From an uncultured Desulfobacteraceae bacterium (GTDB taxonomy: Bacteria; Desulfobacterota; Desulfobacteria; Desulfobacterales; CAZHA01), in contig CAZHAH010000009.1 of the NCBI GenBank assembly GCA_964530095.1, positions 331 through 64,330 of the forward strand: DNA of 64,000 bases, written 5' to 3'. The notes beneath the pieces were generated by a model, which was not told the DNA's origin, ran no database searches, and worked only from the letters and a program-made list of their open reading frames with translations. Position 1 is the stretch's first letter; each line of letters starts with the position of its first letter. Position numbers and translations under genes: made by a program. Positions 54,438 through 64,000 of the stretch are shown one piece after another.

Positions 54438-55459
54438 ACTAAGCGGCCGAGCTCTATACTCAACAATAATTATCCGAAAGTTGACTATTCAGGAGATTGG
54501 ATAATCAAAGATACCAGAAAAATGCGTCAATAAGATTTTGGTCAAAGATGTTTTATGAAAATGCAAGAATCCTTAATGATAAATCCTTGTCAATTGGTGA
54601 ACAATACCTTTGGAATTCTGAAATTAATTTGGCTGATCCTAGAGGGAACAGCTATCTATTTGGGTATAGGCGTTATCTTCAAAAACGTTTCTTTTGCCCT
54701 AATTTCCCTCTGCAAAAATTAATCCTTCCGCCCCCCTTCTCTCCGCAAATCGCCGACAAGCCCTCGGATTCTGTTTTCGTTTGATTCATTAACAAGTGAA
54801 AATTGAAAGACATTCTGGAAACAAAAGACCCACCATAATCAAAAAGTATACTTTAGCAGTATTGAAGAGGAACGCTTCTAAACAGAACCGTGCTTTTCCA
54901 GCTCAAATTAGGCAAAACCGCACTGGAGGAATCATTTAGAAGTATGAAGTTATGAAATCAATATCGTAACAGTTTGGTTTTATTCCAAAAATCAAGATAT
55001 AGGCAGTTGTCTTTATAAAAAGCAACGGGGAATTTAGGTGGAAAATGGACTTTTTTAGTAGCCTCGATAAAATGAAGATAATTAACGTCAATCTTACATG
55101 ACGATTTTGATTTTGAAATGCGGGTTGAGTTAAAAATCGCCACAACGGTTTGCTATTTTGCCTGGTATTAGTCCCCACAAGATCTTGATGAGCGAAATCA
55201 GTTTGATTTTTCCTAATATCGCTTGATCTGAAAGCTTCTACATGATCAGATAAAAATTCATTATTTTTTCAATCTCGCCACAGACAATCACCTAAAGCAT
55301 TAATTGATCCGCCCGCTGCTCCCACAGAAGAAGGCGGAGAAGGCCATCTATCCATATACGCTATGATGGCCAAATCCGCGATAAGGGTGCCGCCTTAAAT
55401 TATTAAGAAGGTTATGTGTAAATGATATGGGGTAAATGATTCGGGCTGTTTGCACCGGT

Positions 55460-56239
55460 TCATCCACGCAAGGTTTCTGTGTAGCCATCAACACTGAGAG
55501 CTTGGCCTGAGATTTTGCTCCCCGCCTTTGAACACAAAAACAGAATCATGTTGGCAACATCATTTGTAGTGACAAAGGTTCGCATGGATGTGCCCTGAAC
55601 CAACCTTTGGTAGACCTCTTTTTCTGATATTCCTTTAGCCTTTGCTTCGGCAGAGATTACAGCATCCATGCGTGGCCCTTCAACTGCATTGGGGCAAACT
55701 GTATTTACCCGGATACCATATTCCCCGAGTTCCATGGCCATTGTTTTGGTTAGACCAATGACCGCCCATTTTGAAGCGGCATACGGTGATCGCATCGGAT
55801 ACCCGAGCAATCCGGCCGAAGAAGACATATTTATTATAGAACCGCCGCCAGCGGCCTTTAGAATTGGTACGGCCAGGCGGGCACAATAAAACTGGCTATT
55901 AATGTTCACCGCCATGGTACGATCCCATTCTTCAGGAGAAACATCCTCAACGGCAGCGGTAGGTCCTGCTATGCCTGCATTGTTTATTAATACATTCAAT
56001 CCGTCTAGGTGGGAATGCGCTTTTTCAAACAAACTGGCCACCTGAACTGGATCTGATACATCGGCGCGTGTCACGCCGACACCCGGCAATGATCTGGAGC
56101 ACGCTGCAAGCTGATCCTCGTTAATGTCACAAATGTAAACCTCCGAGCCGTTTGTTAGAAAAGCCTCGGCAACAGCACAGCCAATACCCGATGCGGCTGC
56201 CGTTATTAGTATCTTCAGTCCTTTGACAGATATCTCCAC
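55460..56239 (-). CDS. SDR-family oxidoreductase
   Basis: TAAASGIG cofactor motif and YAASKWAV (YxxxK). Confidence 0.85.
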   Translation of the reverse strand: MEISVKGLKILITAAASGIGCAVAEAFLTNGSEVYICDINEDQLAACSRSLPGVGVTRADVSDPVQVASLFEKAHSHLDGLNVLINNAGIAGPTAAVEDVSPEEWDRTMAVNINSQFYCARLAVPILKAAGGGSIINMSSSAGLLGYPMRSPYAASKWAVIGLTKTMAMELGEYGIRVNTVCPNAVEGPRMDAVISAEAKAKGISEKEVYQRLVQGTSMRTFVTTNDVANMILFLCSKAGSKISGQALSVDGYTETLRG

Positions 56240-56318
56240 GAGATCAGCCTCCTTTCAGAACAATGAACATTTATGAAAAGGGGAGTCCACTTTCACCCCC
56301 AAGGCTTTAGAATCCATA

Positions 56319-57275
56319 TCATGGTTTTTCGGATTTCACGAAAGCAACCAGGCCTTTTAGTACTTTTTTACGCCATTCTTCTGTGAATTCGGGTGTCCAC
56401 TCGTAAAAACCCTTACCTGTTTTTGCCCCCAACTCACCTCTCTCCACTTTTTCGAGAAGCAGCGGGTAAGGTTCGTTAGAGGTGTCCATATCCGGAAGAA
56501 TATATTTTTCACATTGAAGGGTTAAATCATAGCCATCAATATATTCATAGAGTTCGAACGGCCCGACCATGCCGAGTCGTCGACCGAAACTGTTTTTTAC
56601 CGCCAGATCCACATCCTGGGGCGATGCAATCCCGCGCTGTACTATATTGAATGCCTCACGCCACAGTACCAGCTGCAGCCTGTTGCCGATAAATCCTGGA
56701 GCCTCCTTCTGACAAATGATGGGACTTTTGCCCATGCCTTCGTAAATCTCGTATATGGCTTCAACTATCTCGTCTTTTGTATCCTTGCCGCGTACAATTT
56801 CAACCAGGGGCATCAGGTAAGGCGGGTTGAAATAGTGCGCCACCAGAAACCTGTCCCCCCGCTGAGTAGCCTCAGCAAGTATGCTGGGCATCAGACTGGA
56901 TGTATTGCTGGCAAAGATGGTGTGTTGTGGGCAGACAGCATCCAACTTTGAAAATAGATCTTTTTTTACCTCAAGGACCTCTACAATCGACTCGACGATG
57001 AAATCCGCCTGCGCTCCGGTAGCTTCGAGATCGGTGGTCGTTGTCAGCCGGTCAAGGGCAGGATCCACATCAGTTGCAGATATCAATTCCCAACTGGCAA
57101 GTTCGTTCAGGCTTTCTTCAATTTTGACATGGGCCTCTTCCAGACGTTTTTCGTTACGCCCGCATAGGGTTACCTCATATCCTGCCACTGCAAATTCCTG
57201 AGCAATGGCATGCCCCATCATTCCCGGCCCGATGACACCTATCCTTTTGATTTCATTTTCTCCTACCACGATCAC
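56319..57275 (-). CDS. 3-hydroxyacyl-CoA dehydrogenase family protein
   Basis: IGVIGPGMMGHAIAQEF and a C-terminal GELGAKTGKGFYEW. Confidence 0.8.
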   Translation of the reverse strand: MIVVGENEIKRIGVIGPGMMGHAIAQEFAVAGYEVTLCGRNEKRLEEAHVKIEESLNELASWELISATDVDPALDRLTTTTDLEATGAQADFIVESIVEVLEVKKDLFSKLDAVCPQHTIFASNTSSLMPSILAEATQRGDRFLVAHYFNPPYLMPLVEIVRGKDTKDEIVEAIYEIYEGMGKSPIICQKEAPGFIGNRLQLVLWREAFNIVQRGIASPQDVDLAVKNSFGRRLGMVGPFELYEYIDGYDLTLQCEKYILPDMDTSNEPYPLLLEKVERGELGAKTGKGFYEWTPEFTEEWRKKVLKGLVAFVKSEKP

Positions 57276-57328
57276 CCCCAGTAATTTGGAATCAATTAAC
57301 GCAGCGTTATGATGAAAATCGAGGTGTA

Positions 57329-58752
57329 TTATATTATTTCCCGATCAGCAGCCTTTAAAATTCTTTCAAACTCTTTGATGACGGCATCCTCAAGCGGTGG
57401 CACTTCATGTTTATTCAATATTTCGGTAACCTTATTCTTTGCTCGTTCATGCACGCCCCTGGAGTCTTTGACCCATTCCGAATAGGTACTAAAGTCGAAT
57501 ATTGTTGGATAAAAACGGATTTCATCCCGAAAATGGTTGTAGGTATGATCGTCGGCAATGAAATGCCCTTTTGGGCCAGCGCGATACACAGCATCGAGTC
57601 CGATTTTTTCCTCGTTGACGTCAAACTTGGCCCACATCCGCCGCGTGATTTGCACTATTTCATCGTCGATGGCAAGTTGCGTCAAACTGGACCCCATCCC
57701 CCCGTCCAGAGTGCCGGCACCGGAAAGGATGGAGGCTCCAGATGCTGCAGCCATCAATGTCCCCATACCCTTCTGAAACAATAGCTGCTCGAAGATGAAA
57801 CCATCGGACACCAAAGCAGGGCATTCGGCGGGCATTTTATAATATCTCGTACCCAGCTGCGCCAGGGCACCATATAACAACAGATTCTCCGGCCCGCCGG
57901 TAATGGAGTTGCCAGTCCGCATTTCCACCGCGCTCGGATAGCAATAATAAACGGTAGCTGTGCCGGGATAAAGGTTTTGGAGCAGCGTGAAAGCCCCTAA
58001 AACCTCTGCATTGCCTTGCGCAATGGTTCCAACAAGGGTAACCGGAGCACTGACGCCGAGCATTGGCTCCACGGCTACTTTAACAGGCAATCCATATTCA
58101 CCGCACACTTTCAGCCGTTCGATCTCGTCTTCCGGATAATAAAGCGGTGACATAGGACAAACAATGGCATGAAAGAGAGGGCGCTGGATCATGGCCTCTT
58201 TGGTGCCCCTGACGGCAAGCTGCATCTCGACAAGGTATTTCATATTTATCGAGCCCATGGTAAGGCCCATGAAGTGCTTTCGCGAATTTTCCAACAGTAT
58301 TTTGGTTGCATAAAGATCAGCGGATTTCGAAGGAACATCCTGGATGCTCATGAGCCCGGAAAAGCCGATATCACCTAAACCATCGGAAACAATGCCCGCC
58401 GCTTTTTGATCCTTCATGGTTGCCGCTCTAAACCCACCCCCTCTTTCTGCCGGCACCAAAGTGTCTCCCGATCCACAACGCACCAGAAAATCGCTGTCAC
58501 AACTCAGATCGTAATCATATTCCGGATCCCTTCCCGCCAAGCATATGGTTCGGGGGGCCTTAGCCACACTACGCTCGACCAAATCCGCCGGAAATCGAAC
58601 AAGATTTTTTTTATATCGATCATTGCTCCGGCGTCTGCCAACTTTTCCAGCGTCTCTTTATGGTCGATGCGTATGCCGGTGTTCTCCAGGATAGCAAGTG
58701 AAGCCTCATGGATTTTCTTCATATCCTCATTGCTCAAGATCTCAATTCGCAT
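57329..58752 (-). pseudogene. MttB-superfamily (non-Pyl) methyltransferase interrupted by a 1-nt frameshift in an A8 run
   Basis: The N-terminal ORF 58504..58752 reads MRIEILSNEDMKKIHEASLAILENTGIRIDHKETLEKLADAGAMIDIKK. The main ORF 57329..58582 reads ..VERSVAKAPRTICLAGRD... One extra A at 58605-58612 would fuse them into DIKKNLVRFPADLVERSVAKAP. Confidence 0.7.
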
Positions 58753-58770
58753 AATAATTATTCACCATGG

Positions 58771-60345
58771 TCATGTACGCAGAAGGTTGCGACCCGGGCG
58801 CTCACCGGTGTGTTCTGAATGATTGATTACCAGTCGGCCGTTCACGATCACATGTTCCACTCCTCGGGCATAAGCAAAAGGCTTGGAATCGGTGACCCCA
58901 TCATCTAGCTTTTCATAGTCCAGCACAACCACGTCGGCAAAATATCCTTTGCGAAGCAAACCACGATTACGGAGTCCAAAATGAGTCGCCGGCATGCTGG
59001 TCATTTTTCGAACAGCATCTTCCAGATGCAACGTTTTTCTCTGGCGTACATGGCATGTAAGAAAATGAATCATACCGGCATAGCTGGCTTTGAAAGGCAG
59101 GCTATCACGAACCGGACTGTCTAAATCGCTGCTGATGATGTCTGCTTCTAAATTGAATAAAGGATGAGAAACCATTTCAGCAACATGCTCTTGGGTGAAC
59201 AGTATGCCCAAGGCGATCAAATCATCCATGCCGGCACCGGCGGCGGCCATGATGTCAAAATAGCAATCCCACGGGTCTTTTCTCCAGAATTCAGCAATTT
59301 CTTCAAAATTTTTACCGACGATTTCCGGAAAAGGCTTTTCTTGTATGATACGCACCCGGTACCAATCGCCGCGGTGGATGAATCGCCAGTAACGGTCACA
59401 TTCCGTACGCAAGCGTTTGCGCACAGCAGTATCTTTCAATCTCAGGGCGGCCTGTTCAGCCCCTCCCTCCAGTAGCCAGGGCGGTAGGATTGAGGCCAGT
59501 TTTCCGAAACCGTTTTTATAACCTACGCAGTCAGTCTGAATGTCAAATCCCTTTTCACGGGTTTGCTCCAAGGTCTCCACAGCCCTTAACCAGGCCCCTT
59601 GAGGAGCGTTTGTGTTTTCCCGCACGTTAAGGTGAGAGAGTTGGCCCCTCGTATTGCTTTCCATGACGATTTGAACGAATTCCTCCACAGCCGGCTGCAG
59701 ATGCTCGTCATAGTTACGGATATGACTGGCATACATGCCACCATAAGCCCCTGCTATTTTAGCCAGTTGCGTCACCTCGTCCGTTGAAGCCAGGCGCCCG
59801 GGTTCATATTCAAGTCCCGTAGACAGACCCAGAGCGCCTGCATCCATGGCCTCCCTAACATGGTTTTCCATGGCCTTCATTTGATCAGCAGTAACTTCAT
59901 TACTTGGGATAGCAACCCCAGCTGCTGCCCGGATAGTACTGTGGCCCACGAACCACGCTAAATTCTCAGCGGTTTTCATTTGGGCGACTGTGTCCAAATA
60001 CTCAGCAAAACTTGACCAGGTAACCGGTCCATTGTATGCGAAGTCTTTTAAAACTTCTTTACAGTAGATTCGAGAAATGTCACTCAACGGTGCCATACTA
60101 AATCCGCAATTGCCGATTATTTCTGTGGTCACGCCCTGTCGAACTGTACTTTGCATGGCTGGATTGGTGTGAATGCTCCAATCCGTATGACTATGACAAT
60201 CAATAAATCCCGGACAGACGACCTTCCCTTTGGCTTCGATGATATGCTCGGCCTGAGCTTCGGGCAGACGCTCCACAGCCACGATGCGATCCCCCTCAAT
60301 CATCACGTCAGCAGGGTAAAGAGGATTGCCGGTACCATCGGCCAA
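58771..60345 (-). CDS. N-acyl-D-amino-acid deacylase (D-aminoacylase) family amidohydrolase
   Basis: GFIDCHSHTD metal motif. Family-typical N-terminal residues continue upstream of the TTG at 60345 (see finding). Confidence 0.8.
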   Translation of the reverse strand: MADGTGNPLYPADVMIEGDRIVAVERLPEAQAEHIIEAKGKVVCPGFIDCHSHTDWSIHTNPAMQSTVRQGVTTEIIGNCGFSMAPLSDISRIYCKEVLKDFAYNGPVTWSSFAEYLDTVAQMKTAENLAWFVGHSTIRAAAGVAIPSNEVTADQMKAMENHVREAMDAGALGLSTGLEYEPGRLASTDEVTQLAKIAGAYGGMYASHIRNYDEHLQPAVEEFVQIVMESNTRGQLSHLNVRENTNAPQGAWLRAVETLEQTREKGFDIQTDCVGYKNGFGKLASILPPWLLEGGAEQAALRLKDTAVRKRLRTECDRYWRFIHRGDWYRVRIIQEKPFPEIVGKNFEEIAEFWRKDPWDCYFDIMAAAGAGMDDLIALGILFTQEHVAEMVSHPLFNLEADIISSDLDSPVRDSLPFKASYAGMIHFLTCHVRQRKTLHLEDAVRKMTSMPATHFGLRNRGLLRKGYFADVVVLDYEKLDDGVTDSKPFAYARGVEHVIVNGRLVINHSEHTGERPGRNLLRT

Positions 60346-60381
60346 CCAACCATTGCGGATTAAAATATTTATAATCCCTCC

Positions 60382-61974
60382 TTATGACTCAAACCACCAG
60401 CGTTCGGGAAGTTTACAGCCGTCCATTTCAATATTGGCTGCGACATTATCAAATTTCAATTTGGTCGTTGCGGCCATAATGTCGCTCGGGAACAGAGGAA
60501 TGACGGAACCACCTTCATCGCGGCAAAGGCGCTGCATTTCGACATACATTTCACGCCGCTTTTTCTCATCAAGTTCGGCACGAGCTGCTACTAACAGTTC
60601 ATTGAAGCGCTCGTTTTTCCAAAAACCCTCATTCCAGTTTGTATCGGCCGCATAAGCTGTGGCAAACATCCAATCTTCTGTCGGTCGGCCCCACCAATAG
60701 GAAAAGCACCACTCTTTCTTCATCCAGACATCACTCCAATAACCGTCATTGGCCTCCTTCACGACCTTGATGTTGATGCCTGCTTTTTTTGCGTGTTCTT
60801 TGTAAAGAACGGCCACGTCTACAGCACCTGGAAATGCCGCATCGGCGGTATGAAGGTTAAACGTGTGGCCCGCCAAATCAGCTTTCTTTAAATAATATCG
60901 CGCTTTGTCCGGATCGTATTCCCTCTGTGGCAATTCGGATGCGTAATATCGGTTGGCCGGTGAAATTGGGTGATCGTTTCCGATGATTCCCTGGCCTCGC
61001 AACACTGTTTCTAACAAATGCTCCCGGTCGACGGCATATTTTAGGGCTAACCTAACATTATTATCAGTGTAGGGTTTTAAATCGCTGCGCATGGGAACGG
61101 TAAAATGTTTCGTGCCGTTGGTTTTGATCACCTGAATTCCTGAGGTTTTTTCCAACAAGTGAACGGTTTTTCGATCGCAACGGGGAATAACATCGACTTC
61201 GCCAGTTTTCAGAGCACTGGTCCGTGTGTTGGGGTCGTTAATTCCGATCATCTCCACCTCATCGAAGTGGGCCCGGTCTGCCTTCCAGTAGTTCGGGTTG
61301 CGTGTGGCAAGTGAACGAACGCCGGGCTCCCAGATCTTCAGGATGTATCCGCCGCTCCCGATTCCCTTTTCCCATTCCGCTTTTTCAGTCCCGTTTGGTA
61401 CGATTGCTAGATGATAGTCACTCATGAGATATGGAAAGTCGGCATTACCTTCCCGAAGTGTGATGATGATGGTATGCTTGCCGTCAGCTTTGATCTCGGT
61501 AATCGGCTCCACAAGGACTTTTACAGGCGATTTGGAATCTTTTCCCCCGTGATGATTGATGGAAAAGATTACGTCCTCCGCTTCTAAATTTTTACCGTTA
61601 TGAAATTCAACACCTTTTCTGAGTGAAAAAATCCATTTTGTTGCATCGGGGGTCGATTCCCAGCTTTCAGCCAGTTCAGGAATCGCCTCAGACTTATGGT
61701 CGATTTCAACCAGACAGTTCCTGAGTTGCCATGAAAGTGTTTCCGGCACAAGGTTTGTAATTGTTGCTGTATCAAGCGAATCGGAAGTCTGAGCGCCAGG
61801 AGCCCCTATACGAAGGCGGCCACCTTTTTGGGGCGTGGCCGCGTTGGCTGTTCCTTTTAAAAATGACGGCGACAAGGTTGCCGTCAGTCCCAAGGCCGCC
61901 ATCCGGGTTATAAAATCCCGACGTGAAATCTTTCCGCTGGCAAACAACTTTTCAAGCAAATTTTTTTCTAACAT
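60382..61974 (-). CDS. ABC transporter substrate-binding protein, family 5 (peptide/nickel type), Tat signal
   Basis: SRRDFITRMAALGLTATLS. AAAGGAGGA SD followed by ATG 61974 (MLEKNLLEK). Confidence 0.8.
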   Translation of the reverse strand: MLEKNLLEKLFASGKISRRDFITRMAALGLTATLSPSFLKGTANAATPQKGGRLRIGAPGAQTSDSLDTATITNLVPETLSWQLRNCLVEIDHKSEAIPELAESWESTPDATKWIFSLRKGVEFHNGKNLEAEDVIFSINHHGGKDSKSPVKVLVEPITEIKADGKHTIIITLREGNADFPYLMSDYHLAIVPNGTEKAEWEKGIGSGGYILKIWEPGVRSLATRNPNYWKADRAHFDEVEMIGINDPNTRTSALKTGEVDVIPRCDRKTVHLLEKTSGIQVIKTNGTKHFTVPMRSDLKPYTDNNVRLALKYAVDREHLLETVLRGQGIIGNDHPISPANRYYASELPQREYDPDKARYYLKKADLAGHTFNLHTADAAFPGAVDVAVLYKEHAKKAGINIKVVKEANDGYWSDVWMKKEWCFSYWWGRPTEDWMFATAYAADTNWNEGFWKNERFNELLVAARAELDEKKRREMYVEMQRLCRDEGGSVIPLFPSDIMAATTKLKFDNVAANIEMDGCKLPERWWFES

Positions 61975-62033
61975 AATAAATCCTCCTTTCTTATGTTTCA
62001 ATGCATTTCTTGTTTTCATTAAGAGAAATGCTG

Positions 62034-63386
62034 TTATAAAAACTCATTTTCCACATCGGAAAATGAGCGATCGAGTATTGAAACCATCTCATCGATCTCT
62101 TGTTTCTCAATAATAAAAGGCGGCGCTACTAATGTGTGATCGCCTAGAATGCCGTCCACGCATCCGCCACCGGGGTACAATATTAATCCGTTTTTGAAAG
62201 CTGTTTTTGCAATTGAATCAGCAAAGCCTCCATCCTGGTTTCCGGAAAAAGGTTCTTTGGTTTTTTTATCTTTGACAAATTCGATACCCCACAAAAATCC
62301 CCGGCCGCGGATGTCTCCTACAATTTTGTGGGAATACAAGGTTTCCAATCGCTCCCGAAGATAGCCGCTGATGTTCTTGATATTATCTATCAAGCGGTGC
62401 TTCTGCATGTATTCGATCACACTGCATCCCACTACGCCTGCCATGGGAGTCCCTGAATAGGTGTGTCCGGGTGCGAATATCCCCTTTTTCCCGTTCTTGA
62501 GAACATTAAAAATTTTATCAGAAATAATGACGCCCGCCAGAGGGTAGTAGCCGGCACTGGCCCCTTTGGCAAAAACGATCATGTCCGGCGTGACATCCCA
62601 GTGCTCGATCCCAAAATTCAATCCGGTTCTGCCGAAGCCGGTCATCACCTCGTCGGCAATGAACAAAATATCGAACTCATCACAAATCTCTCTTATGATT
62701 TTGTAATATTCCGGTGGCGGCACCACGGCACCGGCGGCGGCACCGACAATCGGTTCTGCAAGAAAAGCACTGATGTATTCTTCACCAATCATCTGGATGG
62801 TTTCTTTAAGACGGTAAGCGCAGGCAAGGTTACAGGCGGGATATTGATTGTTTTCAGGGCAACGATAGCAATTGGGAATAGGTATCTTTGGATAGGGCAG
62901 GAGGGAGCTCACAAAATTCTTCCTGCGCTGAACATGCCCGCTCATGGATAGTGCCCCCATGGTGATGCCGTGGTAGCTCAACCAACGTGAGACGATCAGT
63001 TCCTTTCTGACCTTGTCTTGTTCCAGATAATATTGGTGAGCTATCTTGGCGGCCATTTCAGTGCCTTCAGAACCGCTGGATACAAAAAAGACACCTTCAA
63101 GGCTTTTTGGCGCCATTTCAGCTATGAGTGCTGCCAGCTTTTCACTGGGTTCGCTGGTGAAATGGGATCTAAAAACATAGGCCACCTTCTCTGCTTGGGC
63201 GGCATATGCCTCGCCGATTTCCTTGACCCCATGACCGATGTTGCACACCACAGGGCCGGAGGTCCCATCGATGTAGCGCTTGCCGGAGCTGTCGTATAAA
63301 TAAATCCCTTCTCCCTTCTCTATCATGGGTGCGACAGACCGCAGGTTATAGTGCAAGAAATGACTGTTTTCGATGTCGTAGGCCAT
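62034..63386 (-). CDS. Class III (omega-type) aminotransferase
   Basis: AGGAGAA SD followed by ATG 63386 (MAYDIENSHFLHY). It has SGSEGTE and a DEVMTGFGRTG PLP-region block. Confidence 0.85.
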   Translation of the reverse strand: MAYDIENSHFLHYNLRSVAPMIEKGEGIYLYDSSGKRYIDGTSGPVVCNIGHGVKEIGEAYAAQAEKVAYVFRSHFTSEPSEKLAALIAEMAPKSLEGVFFVSSGSEGTEMAAKIAHQYYLEQDKVRKELIVSRWLSYHGITMGALSMSGHVQRRKNFVSSLLPYPKIPIPNCYRCPENNQYPACNLACAYRLKETIQMIGEEYISAFLAEPIVGAAAGAVVPPPEYYKIIREICDEFDILFIADEVMTGFGRTGLNFGIEHWDVTPDMIVFAKGASAGYYPLAGVIISDKIFNVLKNGKKGIFAPGHTYSGTPMAGVVGCSVIEYMQKHRLIDNIKNISGYLRERLETLYSHKIVGDIRGRGFLWGIEFVKDKKTKEPFSGNQDGGFADSIAKTAFKNGLILYPGGGCVDGILGDHTLVAPPFIIEKQEIDEMVSILDRSFSDVENEFL

Positions 63387-63480
63387 GATGCATTCTCCTG
63401 AAAATAGCAGAAAATTAACGGTTAAATACTGAAACGTTTCAGTAGATTCTAAAAAAAATATTTCATTTCCCTTCAAATTG

Positions 63481-64000
63481 TTAGCGGATATATCCGGAAT
63501 TTCCATACCCACACGATTTTCGAATAATGAGTTCTGCATCCAAGACAATCTTTTCCACCATATGAGGAACCCTTTCTTCGATTCGGTTTACAAGGATTTT
63601 TACACCCATAGCACCCATTTCATATTTTTGTTGGCTTATGGTAGTGAGTTCAATGCCTGACAAAGCCCCTGTTTTTATGTTATCAATACCCATTAAGGCA
63701 ATATCTTTTGGAATCTCAAATCCTAAACGCAATATGGCCTCACGGGCACCAAGTGCCATATTATCATCGTGAGCGAAAATCGCAGTCGGTGGATTTTTGC
63801 TTTTCATCAGCCGTTCACAAACTAGAAATGCTTCCCGATTTGAATATTTTCCTACTCTGATGTATCGCTTCGGTATTTTCAGGCCGTAATCTTTTAATGC
63901 AGCTTTGCTGCCTTTTAGGCTGTCTATGGCATTGGACGCATTCAGATCTCCCGTGATTATCGCAATTTTGTTGTGGCCAAGCTTCCAAAGGTGCTCTATT
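63481..64000 (-). CDS. LacI/PurR-family regulator, C-terminal part; gene runs off window end
   Basis: My translation upstream of the track ORF reads IEHLWKLGHNKIAIITGDLNASNAIDSLKGSKAALKDYGLKIP...PTAIFAHDDNMALGA. This is a periplasmic-binding-fold effector domain. Confidence 0.75.
   Translation of the reverse strand, partial: IEHLWKLGHNKIAIITGDLNASNAIDSLKGSKAALKDYGLKIPKRYIRVGKYSNREAFLVCERLMKSKNPPTAIFAHDDNMALGAREAILRLGFEIPKDIALMGIDNIKTGALSGIELTTISQQKYEMGAMGVKILVNRIEERVPHMVEKIVLDAELIIRKSCGYGNSGYIR

Noticed and set aside
55115-55180. GTTGAGTTAAAAATCGCCACAACGGTTTGC, which resembles a CRISPR repeat
   Set aside because: It occurs only once, with no spaced repeat copies anywhere in the window.
57329-58752. 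Possible in-frame UAG (pyrrolysine) in the MttB homologue
   Set aside because: The interruption is a frame change in an A8 run, not a TAG codon. Neither partial ORF contains an internal amber codon.

Overview
The window looks like a chromosomal segment from an anaerobic, probably Desulfobacterota-like bacterium. That assignment is inferred from gene content only: iorAB, a B12-radical SAM enzyme, a non-Pyl MttB homologue, and TRAP and LIV transporters.

Most of the window is ordinary metabolism and transport:
- iorAB.
- pxpABC-like genes with a TRAP transporter and a divergent BCCP/biotin carboxylase pair.
- ald, a divergent enolase and a glycerate 2-kinase.
- Two complete LIV-type ABC transporter operons.
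- gdhA.
- A catabolic cluster with an MttB-family methyltransferase.

Two AT-rich accessory islands interrupt this background.

**Island 1 (about 1.0-6.2 kb).** It holds vapBC, two overlapping large P-loop ATPases behind a double palindromic operator, and two gene remnants.

**Island 2 (about 27.1-37.95 kb).** It is a decayed toxin-antitoxin and defence island:
- Three antitoxins with degraded or missing toxins.
- DUF433, HepT-MntA, a class II Fic protein and RadC fragments.
- Truncated stubs of a PLD-like protein, an OLD/ABC-type ATPase and an FAD oxidoreductase.
- No integrase, transposase, tRNA or CRISPR array is visible.

**Main candidate.** At the centre of island 2 is a tightly coupled three-gene operon (29438-34069). 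It encodes an amino-methyltransferase, a protein-kinase-like/P-loop NTPase fusion, and a protein made of two CARF-like Rossmann halves. I consider it the best candidate for an undescribed methylation-associated defence or signalling system.

All family assignments come from motif reading by eye and need profile or structure searches to confirm.
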